From assembly GCA_016218765.1 (NCBI GenBank), contig JACRCZ010000048.1, positions 40,779-104,778 on the forward strand: DNA of 64,000 nucleotides, read 5' to 3'. How positions within the stretch are numbered: position 1 is the stretch's first letter; every line of letters starts with the position of its first letter. The notes beneath the pieces were generated by a model. It was not told the DNA's origin. It saw only the letters and a program-made list of their open reading frames with translations, and ran no database searches. This DNA is from Deltaproteobacteria bacterium (lineage in GTDB: Bacteria; Myxococcota_A; Polyangia; DRWM01; JAAZOP01). Made by a program: the position numbers and the translations under genes. Shown here in pieces: positions 1 through 9,720 of this stretch.

Positions 1-3000
1 CGCGCGGGATGGGCATGCTGGTGAGCAGCACGGTGATCTTGGCGGGGTCGTTGATCTGCCTGATCCGGTTGATGGTCTGCCAGTATTCAGAGTCCTCCAT
101 CATCCGGCGAACGCGCTCCACGCGGGGGTCGATGTACCTCCGAAGTCGCAAGCCGACAGGTCCACCCTCGTGCCCGACCGGGTTGTCGGCCGGGTCATCG
201 AAGTCGTTGATCGCGGCGTACGGGACGACCTCCTCGGCGGTCGCCTCGTCGATTTCCTCGTCCCCTTGATGCAGCGCCTGCGCCGCAAACAGCACGTCGT
301 CCGGCTTGGCAAACGGGAACCCCAGCAGAATGATCTGCCGGTATCCCGACAGGTCGGCGCCGCGGACAGCCCCGAACCACGCGACCTCGACGTTCGCCGG
401 CAGCGGGCCCAGTCCGGGCTCTGCGGTCCGGAGCGCCGCAACGACGCTCTTGTACGTGACCAGAAGGGTCGGGCCATCGACGCGTGCGGCACGAGCAACC
501 ACGACGCGGATCATCTGCTCCAGCGCGCGGCGGCGGAGGACCGGACCACCCGAAGTGCGTTCGAAGAACGTCGCGCGCGGGTAGCGCCCATTCACGATCT
601 GCAGAACGGGCCCGGTGAAGGGCACGCGCAGATCCCTCACGTCGACCCGCCGCCCCAGTACCCGTTCGAGAAGCACGGGGTCGGCAGTCGCATCCAGCAC
701 CAGCACAGGACGATTGCCGGTCCGTAGCTGCTCCACCCACATGACACGCCATCCCGAGCCATCCCATTCCACTGCGGCAGCCCTGCCGCGCAGCACGTCG
801 CGAAGGGCCAGCAGCAGCGGCTTCGGGTTGACCGGCGGACGCCGGATCCCTGCGGGCTGAAGACCCTCAAACCCAACCCGGTCCGCGTACGCATCCAGCC
901 CGCTCCGCCGCGTTGGACCGACCGCCTTCCAGTCGATCCGATCCACGTCGTCGGCGAAGGCGGCGGCATCGACGACCCCCAGCGCCTCGCGCAACTTGAG
1001 CCGCGTCAGGCTCTCCGGCTTCAACCGCAGCTCGGCGACGACGCGAACGGCACGCCGGAGCACAGCCGTTTGCTCCTCGGACGCTCCCACCAACGTCTCC
1101 ACCGCCCGCTCAAGATCGCTGGGGCGGTACCGACGCTCGCGCAAGCAGCTCGACAGCACGTCCTCATCGATCACCACGTACGAGAACTGCATCGCCACGT
1201 CGGTCAGCGACGCCCACTCGTGCACGACTGCGTGTGGAGCAGTCCGGTCTTGGACCGCGACCTGGTATTCGCAGGGCACCGACCCAACGCCCAGCCGGCG
1301 CGGGTTCCGGGGGCAGCGCAGGCACACGCTCGCGGTCGCGGCGCCACCCCAGCCGGCCTTCGTCAACGCCTCGATCTCGACCCATCGGTCGCAGTTCTCC
1401 GGCGACCGGCGGGGGACGTGAACGAGTCCCGGCCAGTTCCCCTCGAGCGCTGCGAGTAGGTCGTGCCGATCACTCGCCCACAGCACGCGGAACCTGCCCG
1501 GCACGCGGGCGATCAGGGCGAGAACCTCGCGCAACGTGATGGTCGTCTTGCCAGTTCCGGGCGGTGCACGTACGAGAACCACAGGCCCCCCACGCTTCGG
1601 AGCGAGCACCGCCGTAGCGATCTCGTTGCGGACCTGCTGGAGCATCTCCTCCAGCGTGGAGCCGGCCGGCACCGCCGCCGGCACGAGCGGCTCGACCCCT
1701 TCAGGGAGCGGCTCCGGAAACCGAACGCCGGGGCGCCGGCGGTTCTTCCACAAGGCGCGCATCGGGCACGCCGGGGCGCACGGCAGCCCAGCGTCACGCA
1801 GCGTCTGGCAGCTGCGTGCGGCGAACACGTAGGTATCGTCCCGGCACACAGCTGCAGAGCGATCGGCCGCCACAAGACGCTGCTCGCGCTGCGACGCCGA
1901 GAGGTCCGCCGAGCCGAGGTTCGCGGCAACGTCCTTGTACAACCGGCGGCGGTCGATTTCCTTGAGCTGACGCGTGCGGGCGTACGCAACGATGGCGACG
2001 GACACGACGTTCCGCTTGCCGGAAGGCGTCCCCGTCCGGGATCGGAGCGCTGCGACGCACGCGGGTTCGTCGGCGAGCTTCGCCGCGGAACGCGCCGCGG
2101 CGCGTCGCGTCGGTGGGCTTCCGGAGACACGCGCCGGCCTGCGGCCCGACGGCTCCTTCGGTTTCCGGGGAGTGCTGCTTCGCCGCCCGGGGTCGGTCTC
2201 GGCCTTGCCTGCCTCCTCGAGCCAGATTGCTGCCAGCGATCGTACGGGCTCCGGGTCGGGCTGGTCTGCCTCGGTGAGGGCAGGAGGGAAGCGTGCACGG
2301 TCCTTCAGCTCCGCCTCCCTCACGGGCTGCAGTTCGTCGATTGAAACCGGAACGGACCACAAGCCGGTCTTGCCGTGCCGCGTGCCAAGAAGCCGCGACT
2401 TGTGGCGCCGATCGAACAATGACCGATCGAACCTCGCGAGCCTGCCGAAGAGCCGCTCGGCCACCCGCCGCATGATGAGGTTGTTGCTGGGACCCGGGTT
2501 CTGTCCGAAAGCCGCGTACCAAAGGCGGACGTGAAAGCTCTTGCCGCCGGTGAACATCACCGCGATCGCGCTCGGTGGAACTCCGAAACCGATCATCTCC
2601 TGCACTTCGAGCACCGCGTCCCGCCGCGCCAACTCGAACGCACGGGGGCCAGTGTAGTCGCTCTCGAGCAGGAGGTCGGCTACGTGCGGCGACAAAGCGT
2701 CCGGCCTTGTGTAGGTGCAGATGGTGCCGACGGCATCATCGCCGTCGGCATGCCAGCGGGGATACCGGCGCAGCCTCTCGCGGGTGGACCACCAGTACGG
2801 TGCCGGGCCTACGCGGCCCAACTCGACGAACCGAGGCGTGCCGTCGATCGGCACGATCTCCGCCCCGACCTCGTCGGCGAGACCCGCAGGCAGCGAGGGA
2901 ACGGGGCGGTCATCCTCAAGCCAGCGCGGCTCGGCTTGATAGCCCGTTAGGTCGCACGTGTCACCGTCGGCCGCGAGGATCAAGTCGCTCGGCCGCGTCT

Positions 3001-3457
3001 CGATTCGCTCGAACACGGCCGCGTTCGGCGGGAACGCGAAGACGGCCTCGGCCGCATACGGACCGGCGGTCAGCACGAACGGCCGCTCGCTGCTGGGCAT
3101 GGCGGCGTTCAGAGTGCTCATGGCCCTCACGCCCACGGCGGTCACGCTCACCACCCTAGACCCCAACCCCGGGAGCAGAACGGGGACCGCGGCCGGGTGC
3201 TCCTTGATCCAGTCGAGGACCTCGCCCCAGTCAGGCGGCGGCCCACCGTCGGCCCCGGGGGCGACCACGCGCCTGTCGGAGCGCCCGCTGGTGAGCTCGA
3301 CCTTCCAGCCTCGGCCGATGACGGCGTTCTCGACGATGCGCGTGAGGCTGTCGGCGCCCCATCCGGCGGGCGGCCACTCTACCGACGTTGAGTTCGGTGT
3401 CAGCGGCTCGGATGTGCTAGCGTTGTTCGGGGCGGATGTCATCACCATCGCCTCCAT
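1..3457 (-). CDS. Large replication protein, partial at C-terminus (>1150 aa). The N-terminal region is AEP/PrimPol-like (ILAADGDT, GGKSFHVRLWY) and the central region is a P-loop NTPase (Walker A VRAPPGTGKTT, Walker B VVIDED)
   Basis: I translated the minus strand by hand. The reading frame is open from a TAG at 3593-3595 down to position 1 with no in-frame stop. Candidate ATG starts lie at 3440-3457. Walker A is encoded at about 1541-1573 and Walker B near 1160-1180. It is absent from the ORF track because its stop codon lies outside the window. Confidence 0.6.
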   Translation of the reverse strand, partial: MEAMVMTSAPNNASTSEPLTPNSTSVEWPPAGWGADSLTRIVENAVIGRGWKVELTSGRSDRRVVAPGADGGPPPDWGEVLDWIKEHPAAVPVLLPGLGSRVVSVTAVGVRAMSTLNAAMPSSERPFVLTAGPYAAEAVFAFPPNAAVFERIETRPSDLILAADGDTCDLTGYQAEPRWLEDDRPVPSLPAGLADEVGAEIVPIDGTPRFVELGRVGPAPYWWSTRERLRRYPRWHADGDDAVGTICTYTRPDALSPHVADLLLESDYTGPRAFELARRDAVLEVQEMIGFGVPPSAIAVMFTGGKSFHVRLWYAAFGQNPGPSNNLIMRRVAERLFGRLARFDRSLFDRRHKSRLLGTRHGKTGLWSVPVSIDELQPVREAELKDRARFPPALTEADQPDPEPVRSLAAIWLEEAGKAETDPGRRSSTPRKPKEPSGRRPARVSGSPPTRRAAARSAAKLADEPACVAALRSRTGTPSGKRNVVSVAIVAYARTRQLKEIDRRRLYKDVAANLGSADLSASQREQRLVAADRSAAVCRDDTYVFAARSCQTLRDAGLPCAPACPMRALWKNRRRPGVRFPEPLPEGVEPLVPAAVPAGSTLEEMLQQVRNEIATAVLAPKRGGPVVLVRAPPGTGKTTITLREVLALIARVPGRFRVLWASDRHDLLAALEGNWPGLVHVPRRSPENCDRWVEIEALTKAGWGGAATASVCLRCPRNPRRLGVGSVPCEYQVAVQDRTAPHAVVHEWASLTDVAMQFSYVVIDEDVLSSCLRERRYRPSDLERAVETLVGASEEQTAVLRRAVRVVAELRLKPESLTRLKLREALGVVDAAAFADDVDRIDWKAVGPTRRSGLDAYADRVGFEGLQPAGIRRPPVNPKPLLLALRDVLRGRAAAVEWDGSGWRVMWVEQLRTGNRPVLVLDATADPVLLERVLGRRVDVRDLRVPFTGPVLQIVNGRYPRATFFERTSGGPVLRRRALEQMIRVVVARAARVDGPTLLVTYKSVVAALRTAEPGLGPLPANVEVAWFGAVRGADLSGYRQIILLGFPFAKPDDVLFAAQALHQGDEEIDEATAEEVVPYAAINDFDDPADNPVGHEGGPVGLRLRRYIDPRVERVRRMMEDSEYWQTINRIRQINDPAKITVLLTSMPIPR

Positions 3458-3621
3458 CGGGCACGCCTCGTGGCGGAGGCGGTGCCCTGCGAAGAGAAGC
3501 AACCGTGGGGACGCGTGCCCTTGTCCGGGCGATGATGATGGGCGCTCTGGCCCTTTGGATGAGCCCTTGCGGGGACCGAGTCCCCTCGGGGTCTAGCTCG
3601 GCGCCGACCTTGCGGCGTAGC

Positions 3622-4245
3622 TCACGGCATAGGTCCCTCGGCTCGCATCGTCAAGCGAGCAGATCGGGGAGAAAACGCCGAACGGTCAGGTTGTTTCCAC
3701 GCCGATCCGGCCGCGGCATCGGCCACGAGCAGAAGGCGGGCTGCGCCGACAGCGGCTTCAGCAAGCATGCGCCGCGCCGCCCGGTGCAGGCACCTTCGGC
3801 TGGGCGCCCCCCCGGGGCATCGGTATGCTCGCTGGCGGAGCCGAGCGGCCTGCCGCAGCGGGCGGACGAGGTCCTTGTACCAGAACTTGTGGCCGTGGCG
3901 CTCCGACCAGCGCGGCAGCCCGACGCATCGGCTGCACCGGACGCCGTCGCTCACGAACCGTAGTAGGCGTGCAGAACTGCCGCAGGTTGGACACCGCGCC
4001 ACCCATCGCCGGCCGGCGAACGCGGTCGGATGTACTCCGAGCACGACGTGTACGCCCCCAAGCCCCGCCTCGTCCCCGACGAGGACCTCGACCTCTACGA
4101 CGTCGCCCAGCTCCGGCTTGGAGATGCCGCGGCCGATCTCATCCGCGGTCAGGTACGGTACGAGGTCGAGCACCGGGGAAGCCGCCAGACCATCAAGATC
4201 GATTGCGTGGACGCGACGTGCTTCGGGATCGCCGAGGAGCGTCAT
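3622..4245 (-). CDS. Hypothetical protein with a CxxC...CxxC zinc-ribbon-like motif
   Basis: ORF 3622..4332 on the minus strand. An internal Met (MTLLGDPEA) removes the overlap with the upstream gene. It carries CPTCG...CSRC and sits upstream of, and co-oriented with, the replication gene. Confidence 0.35.
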   Translation of the reverse strand: MTLLGDPEARRVHAIDLDGLAASPVLDLVPYLTADEIGRGISKPELGDVVEVEVLVGDEAGLGGVHVVLGVHPTAFAGRRWVARCPTCGSSARLLRFVSDGVRCSRCVGLPRWSERHGHKFWYKDLVRPLRQAARLRQRAYRCPGGAPSRRCLHRAARRMLAEAAVGAARLLLVADAAAGSAWKQPDRSAFSPRSARLTMRAEGPMP

Positions 4246-4259
4246 CTGCCCGTCCTCCC

Positions 4260-4553
4260 CTACGTCTTGGAGTTCCGCTCGTCCCGCGCTGGCACGCCCC
4301 GACCGGAATCCCACCCTCTCCTCCGCAGCCATCGCAGGTCCGTGTAGGTCTTGAGCAACTGCCGCTCGAACCGCAGCTTGGTGGCCATGTGCAGGCCCAG
4401 CGCCGACTCCTCTGCCCCGTCCACGCCATGGAGCGCCCGCCGGGTTTCCTCGATCTTCTGCTTCATCTCTGCGATCGCCACGTCCACGGCGTCCGGAACG
4501 GCTTCCCCGTCTCGTTCATCTCGGTCGGCAGGCACGGGCTCCAACTTCGTCAT
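4260..4553 (-). CDS. Small hypothetical protein
   Basis: A 97-aa ORF in an operon-like run on the minus strand. It shares ATGA-type junctions with its neighbours. Confidence 0.3.
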   Translation of the reverse strand: MTKLEPVPADRDERDGEAVPDAVDVAIAEMKQKIEETRRALHGVDGAEESALGLHMATKLRFERQLLKTYTDLRWLRRRGWDSGRGVPARDERNSKT

Positions 4554-5344
4554 CGGCCATCCTCACCCTCCTCACGCGGGACGCGTCGTACGACGTACCG
4601 GGGCACGGAGGAGCGCTCCCGCGCCCGGGTCTTGGCCACTTCGATCGCCTCAAGCAGTCGCAGGAATGTCCGAGACGTGATCGCCATCGTCCGCGACGCA
4701 TCGAGCGCAGCCCGCGAGCCGGCCGCCGGGGAATCCGTCTGCTGCAAGAACCGCGTCGCCGCGGTAGCCGCCCGCGAGTAGGTGACCCATGCGGCGCCGG
4801 TCAGCTGCGCGAGGAGCGCGACCTCGATCGAGGACGGGTCGGCTCCGCCAACGAGGCCGTAGGCGATCGCTCGACCCGCGTCCACCTGCAGCTTGCCCAT
4901 CGGCGTGCCGTCCATCAGGGAGTGGAGCGGACCACCGACGCCCTCGAGCGCGGCCCCAAGCGCTCGGCGGTCCTCGACCTCGTCCTTGGGAAACGGCGTC
5001 AATGTCCAGCCCGTCGGGCTCTTGGAGTCCTTCCGGATGGAGAGCGCGATCACCTCGCCGACAAGGGAGGGCGCGGGCTGGGCGCGTCGGGGGTCGCCCG
5101 AACGGGATGCCGTGCCGCGGGCCGAACGGTCCTCGGGACGTCCAACCCCGGCCGGCCCATGGTCCCCGTCGTACTGCTCGCCGACAAGGTCCATCACCGA
5201 CGGCACGCCGGGCGGGTTGAGCGCCTCGTCCTCGTCCGCACCATCGGCGGCGTCGGGCACCCCGACGTCGGCGCGGCCGGACCGCAGGAGCCCGAGACCG
5301 TCGTCAAGATCGTCATCATCGTCGAGGTCGGTGGCGGGTTGCAT
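4550..5344 (-). CDS. Hypothetical acidic protein. A GTG start at 5485 is an alternative
   Basis: ORF 4550..5485. It contains an Asp-rich tract (DLDDDDDLDD). This is the first gene of the leftward operon, which is divergent from the rightward genes starting at 5957. Confidence 0.3.
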   Translation of the reverse strand: MQPATDLDDDDDLDDGLGLLRSGRADVGVPDAADGADEDEALNPPGVPSVMDLVGEQYDGDHGPAGVGRPEDRSARGTASRSGDPRRAQPAPSLVGEVIALSIRKDSKSPTGWTLTPFPKDEVEDRRALGAALEGVGGPLHSLMDGTPMGKLQVDAGRAIAYGLVGGADPSSIEVALLAQLTGAAWVTYSRAATAATRFLQQTDSPAAGSRAALDASRTMAITSRTFLRLLEAIEVAKTRARERSSVPRYVVRRVPREEGEDGR

Positions 5345-5956
5345 CGCCCGATGATACCGCCGCGCCACCGTCAGCCGAAGTCCACACGACGCGCCGGTGG
5401 CGTGCCGAAGAGCACGAGCGGCACGGGTCCGCAGGCAGCGGAAATGATCGCCCACGCCCGGACTTCGTGACCGACCGTCAGTCACCCGGACGACCTACGT
5501 GCGATACCCCAACAGGAGCCAATACATGCGGGCAGCAGCCAGACCGCACCTTGCTTCTCAACTACATGACTTGCGTGGCCACCGCTGGCCGCCCGGCCGG
5601 TTGGTGCCCCATCGGCGCCGGCGAAGCGAAGGCGACGCACCGGGCCTGATCGGGACGCAGAGACGGCATGCTGCACAGCGAAAGGCCAAGGAACCGCAAG
5701 ACCAACCTCCATTTCTGCTATAAGACCCATGGGTTAGAGAACACGTCTTGCCGGCCGTCCACGCGTGTTGCTGCCGCTCGACACGGTCCAATTCGCCCAG
5801 TTGACCATGGAAGCCGCCCTCGGGAGCCACGCGGCCCCGTCCCAGCCGGATCCGCCGTCGGGCGGGCCGGGCCTAGTCACCCCGGACGTCCCGCTCCGGG
5901 ACACCCGCCCGGCGACGGTTCCGGTCGAACCACACGAACAACAGGAAGGAGTCCAG

Positions 5957-6076
5957 ATGCGAGAAGCCGCAGTCCGATGGGTTTCGTTCGCGAAGGTGAT
6001 CGCCGTGGCGGTGGTCACCGCGGCGATCGACCTGATCGTCGACTACTTCGACGATGACGAGGAGGAGCAGCGCTGA
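5957..6076 (+). CDS. Small hydrophobic protein (39 aa)
   Basis: A strong SD (GGAAGGAG) lies 6 nt upstream of the ATG. The product has a hydrophobic core, AKVIAVAVVTAAIDLIV. Its stop overlaps the ATG of the nuclease gene (TGATG). Confidence 0.3.
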   Translation: MREAAVRWVSFAKVIAVAVVTAAIDLIVDYFDDDEEEQR

Positions 6077-7155
6077 TGGAAGCCGTCGAACAGGTCACGA
6101 CACCAGCGGAATCGACGCTCGGCGCCACGCAGCGGAAGCCGAAACCGGCCCGGCAGGTCCGGGTGTTGACGTTCTCCTCGATCGAGACGTTCAGCAGGTG
6201 TCAGCACGAGTACGAGCTGCGCTACGAGCGCTTGCTCGTGCCGGCCGACTACTCCCCAGCGCTGGCCATCGGCGCCGGATTCCACCGGGGCATCGAGGTG
6301 CTCCACCTTCGCGGAACGCTGGCCGGTGCGCTGGCCGCCGCCAGCGTGGAAATCGAGGAGCACGCCGCGAAGGCGCGGGCGGTTCTCGACGACCTCGAGG
6401 CCGCCGCCCTGTCCGAGTCGGTGCGCTGGGACGCGGCCAAGACCCGCGGGATGGTCCGGGCGTGGCACGACCGGTACGTCGGTCCGGCGACGGCCAACGG
6501 CGGCGGCGTCCCCTACGTGGACTGCGACCGCGAGGCCGTCGAGGTCGAGCTGGCGCTGGAGGCGCCGCTCCGGAACCCCACCACCGGCCGGCCCTCTCGG
6601 TCGTTCCTGCTCGGCGGCCGCCTCGACGCCGTCGTCCGTCGGCGCGGGGCGACCGACTCCGGCTGGTGGCTACTGGAAACGAAGACGACCAGCGAGGCGC
6701 TCGACAGCTTCGTCGAGGCGATGCGCTTCAGCTTGCAGCCCAGCATCTACCAGACCCTCGCGATGGAGCATCTGGGCGACGAGCTCGGTCCGCCTCTGGG
6801 GACGATGCTGGACATCTGCGTGAAGCCGGCGGTCAGGCCCAAGAAGACGGAGACTCCTACCGACTTCGAGCAACGGGTCGTGGAGACGTACGCTGCGGAG
6901 CCCGATCGCTACTTCGCCCGCCTCGCGCTGCCGCTGGACGAGGCGCGGCGCCGTGAGGCCATACAGGTGGCGTGGAGGACGGCGGAGGCGATCCGCTCCT
7001 CGCTCCGTCACGGGTTCCTCGCGAAGGCCGGGCCAGCGTGCCGGGGAGCGTTCGGGCCCTGCAAGTACATGCGGATGTGCCGACACGGCGACCTGTCGGG
7101 TTTCGTGCAGAAGGTAATCCCCAACGAGGAGCTCACCCCTCGGCGGGTGAGCTGA
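6076..7155 (+). CDS. Cas4/RecB-family PD-(D/E)XK exonuclease with a four-Cys Fe-S cluster signature
   Basis: One N-terminal Cys (SRCQHEYELRY) and a C-terminal CRGAFGPCKYMRMC triad give the typical Cas4/AddB-type cluster ligands around a PD-(D/E)XK core. The ORF is 359 aa. Confidence 0.65.
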   Translation: MEAVEQVTTPAESTLGATQRKPKPARQVRVLTFSSIETFSRCQHEYELRYERLLVPADYSPALAIGAGFHRGIEVLHLRGTLAGALAAASVEIEEHAAKARAVLDDLEAAALSESVRWDAAKTRGMVRAWHDRYVGPATANGGGVPYVDCDREAVEVELALEAPLRNPTTGRPSRSFLLGGRLDAVVRRRGATDSGWWLLETKTTSEALDSFVEAMRFSLQPSIYQTLAMEHLGDELGPPLGTMLDICVKPAVRPKKTETPTDFEQRVVETYAAEPDRYFARLALPLDEARRREAIQVAWRTAEAIRSSLRHGFLAKAGPACRGAFGPCKYMRMCRHGDLSGFVQKVIPNEELTPRRVS

Positions 7156-7169
7156 AGGAGGTGAAGGTC

Positions 7170-8009
7170 ATGCGGAAGAACCGAAGCAGCGCCCTGTCCC
7201 TGATCCCGACCGCCCCGGGCGAGCCGGCCGCGACGCCGGCCGCCGCAATATCGTCGGCTACGCCGGTGCCCGCACCACTGGCGGTGCAGAACGTCCCCGA
7301 GGGGTTCGACGACCTGCTGGCCGACGACCTCGTGCTGCCGAGGCTGACGATCGTGCAGCCGACCTCGCAGGAGGGAAGCCCGGGCACCTTCCGGTCGTCG
7401 CTGACCGGCGAGGAGCGACGGGAGCTGCAGCTCGTCCCGCTCGCGATCAGGCGCGGTCGGATCTGCTGGGCAGAAACGCTGGGCGAGGATCCCGTGTGCA
7501 AGAGCAACGACGGCAGGCTCCCCGCGTCCACCGTGGAGAGACCCGTCAGCGAGGAGTGCTGCGTCCTCGCCGGCGGACGCCTCAAGCCGGTCTGCGGGGC
7601 GGCCGTTTGGCGCCGCGTCAAGACGGACGACGGTCTGTCGCGACAGGAGCCGCCTCGCTGCCGGGAAACAGCGATCGTCGTCGCGGTGGATCTCGAGACG
7701 CAGGCGCCGCTCATGATCGCCTTCCACGGTACGGGCATCCGTTCCGTCCGAGTCCTTCGCACGATCGCCCTGCAGAAGCGGCTCGCCTTGTTCGACGCCG
7801 CGGCCACGCTCCGGCTCCGCAAGGTCACGAACGCCCGCGGCACGTACTTCGTGCCCGAGTTCCACGACGTGCGTCCCGTCGAGCCGGCGGGGAAGTACAG
7901 GGCGCTGTACCAGCAGTTCGCCACCTACAACCCGGAGCAGACGTTCGAGGCCGAGCGCGAGGCCGGCGGCGCCGTCACCGAGGCGGCCGCGGAGGAACCG
8001 GCCTTCTGA
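7170..8009 (+). CDS. Hypothetical protein. A single-strand annealing or recombination partner of the nuclease is possible
   Basis: An AAGGAGG RBS sits directly upstream of the ATG at 7170. The gene immediately follows the nuclease. The product contains a Cys cluster (CKSNDG...CCVLAGGRLKPVCG). No family was recognised with confidence. Confidence 0.5.
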   Translation: MRKNRSSALSLIPTAPGEPAATPAAAISSATPVPAPLAVQNVPEGFDDLLADDLVLPRLTIVQPTSQEGSPGTFRSSLTGEERRELQLVPLAIRRGRICWAETLGEDPVCKSNDGRLPASTVERPVSEECCVLAGGRLKPVCGAAVWRRVKTDDGLSRQEPPRCRETAIVVAVDLETQAPLMIAFHGTGIRSVRVLRTIALQKRLALFDAAATLRLRKVTNARGTYFVPEFHDVRPVEPAGKYRALYQQFATYNPEQTFEAEREAGGAVTEAAAEEPAF

Positions 8010-8086
8010 CCCACCCAAGGCTTCCGCCACCAACACCACCGCGGGGGCATCGGCTTCGATGACCCCCGCGGCTGGAGGAGGGCCGC

Positions 8087-8497
8087 ATGCACTTCCAAGC
8101 CTTCAACACCTACGAGGACATGATGAGCGAGGTAGAGCGTGCCCGCGATGAGGCGGACGGGCAGGTCCAGCCGTGGCAGGCGGTGCTAGCGCCGGGGGAC
8201 TTCTTCATTCGCATCTGGAGCGGCCTCGTCATCTACGGCGAGATCCTCGACCCGGCCGTCCCGCAGTTCCCGGGCGACTACTCCGACGAGGCGCTGTCCG
8301 AGATCCGCCGGGAAGCCCGGATCTACGAGCAGCCCGAGATGCGCGGCTACCGGTTCACCCGCTGCTACAGCGTCGCGTGCCCGGAGGGGGAGTTCGGCGA
8401 CACGCACGTCTCCAGCATGACCCGCAAGATCACCCGCGAGCAGTTCGAGCAGGCGCGAGCCTCGGGCTGGCCGGAGGCGCCATGGCCGCGCCGCTGA
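8087..8497 (+). CDS. Hypothetical protein
   Basis: A 136-aa ORF, co-directional within the element. Confidence 0.45.
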   Translation: MHFQAFNTYEDMMSEVERARDEADGQVQPWQAVLAPGDFFIRIWSGLVIYGEILDPAVPQFPGDYSDEALSEIRREARIYEQPEMRGYRFTRCYSVACPEGEFGDTHVSSMTRKITREQFEQARASGWPEAPWPRR

Positions 8498-8706
8498 CGG
8501 ACCGGGAGCTCGGACACGTGCTCGCCGGCCTGCGTCTGCTCCAGCGGGAGCCGTGCGTCCCGGTGCCGATCGATGACATCCGAACCAACGGGGGCCGACA
8601 CGCGCCGATGAGCCCGTCGGAGATCGACGACCTTTGCGAACGGCTGAACGTCGTCCCCCAGCCCCGGCGACGGCGACGGGCAACAAGGAGGCCACGACAT
8701 GGGTGA
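8482..8706 (+). CDS. Small hypothetical protein
   Basis: An internal ATG of ORF 8173..8706. It overlaps the previous stop by 16 nt. Confidence 0.3.
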   Translation: MAAPLTDRELGHVLAGLRLLQREPCVPVPIDDIRTNGGRHAPMSPSEIDDLCERLNVVPQPRRRRRATRRPRHG

Positions 8707-9310
8707 CCACTGCTGGGTGGGCGTGACCTGCCGGACCGTGGACCGGTCGGCGTTCGAGGAGATCGGCTTCGTCGTGGAGCGCGAGAACGACGACGGCAGC
8801 GTGTTCCTGACGCAGGACTCCGCCAACCACGCGGCCGACTCGGAGCTCCGCGAGCTGGGGCGCATGGGCATCGTCTTCCTCGCCACCCACGGTCCCGGCG
8901 AGGAGTACGGCGACGGGGCCTACGCCTCCTACGGCCGGCGCTTCCTCCACGTGGACTGCCTCGCGGGAGGCCTGCCCGCGGTCGAGGTGAACGCGGACGG
9001 CAACCCTGACCCGGACCAGCTACGCGCAGTCCGCCAGTACCTCGAGGTCGCCGCGGCGGCGAAGGAGATCATCACCGGCAGGGCATCGCAGCCGACGGCG
9101 CCGGCTCGCATCTTGGTGACGCTGCATGTGCGCGGCGCCGGCTCCGACGACTTCGGGGTCGTCACGGTCTGCATCCCGCTGACCGAGATCGACTGGTCCC
9201 TCGCCGATGCTCCCCGGAAGCGGATCGGCATGGAGGACGTGTACGAGCTCGACCTGCGCCTCGAGCTCCCCGGCGAGGAGCCCGCGACGGCGACGTGGGA
9301 CCGCTCGTGA
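8699..9310 (+). CDS. Hypothetical protein
   Basis: A 203-aa ORF. Its start overlaps the previous stop. Confidence 0.45.
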   Translation: MGDHCWVGVTCRTVDRSAFEEIGFVVERENDDGSVFLTQDSANHAADSELRELGRMGIVFLATHGPGEEYGDGAYASYGRRFLHVDCLAGGLPAVEVNADGNPDPDQLRAVRQYLEVAAAAKEIITGRASQPTAPARILVTLHVRGAGSDDFGVVTVCIPLTEIDWSLADAPRKRIGMEDVYELDLRLELPGEEPATATWDRS

Positions 9311-9401
9311 TCGACCACCGCCCACGCCGCGCCCCGTAGAACATCCCAAACCCAAGCACCCGGCGACACGACCCTCACGCGCCGGGAAGGTGCACTGCAT
9401 C

Positions 9402-9605
9402 ATGACGACGATGACGCCGGCCGACAGGCCGGAGAACCCCGAGATCGGCTCCGCAACCGTCCACGACTCCGACGACGAGTACGACTTCGGTCCCCGCATC
9501 CATGCGGGCGCGATGGACTCGACGGCCCGCTGGCGGATGGCGAACGTCGAGCGCGACCGATCGTTCCGCCTCGACGTCCTGCGGGCCGCCGGTCTGCTCG
9601 GCTGA
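9402..9605 (+). CDS. Small hypothetical protein
   Basis: An internal ATG (MTTMTPADRP) of ORF 9207..9605. Confidence 0.25.
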   Translation: MTTMTPADRPENPEIGSATVHDSDDEYDFGPRIHAGAMDSTARWRMANVERDRSFRLDVLRAAGLLG

Positions 9606-9720
9606 CCCGACCGTGCCGCTGGAGTCCCGAACGTCCGAATGAACCCGCGCCCCAAGGCGCACGTCCGCGCCGCGGGGATCCAGCCGGCTCCTCGTGTGCG
9701 CCCAGAGCAAGGAGCCGGAG

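Noticed and set aside
1463-3596. Plus-strand ORFs 1463..2344 and 2958..3596, and the minus-strand ORFs 1513..2298 and 1794..2522 in other frames
   Set aside because: They are superseded by the long minus-strand frame carrying Walker A/B and PrimPol motifs, and their products have low-complexity composition.
5486-5956. Small ORFs in the divergent region (5467..5649, 5499..5723, 5668..6057)
   Set aside because: Several overlapping frames have no RBS and no recognisable repressor motif. This is more likely the regulatory switch region of the element. It is left uncalled.
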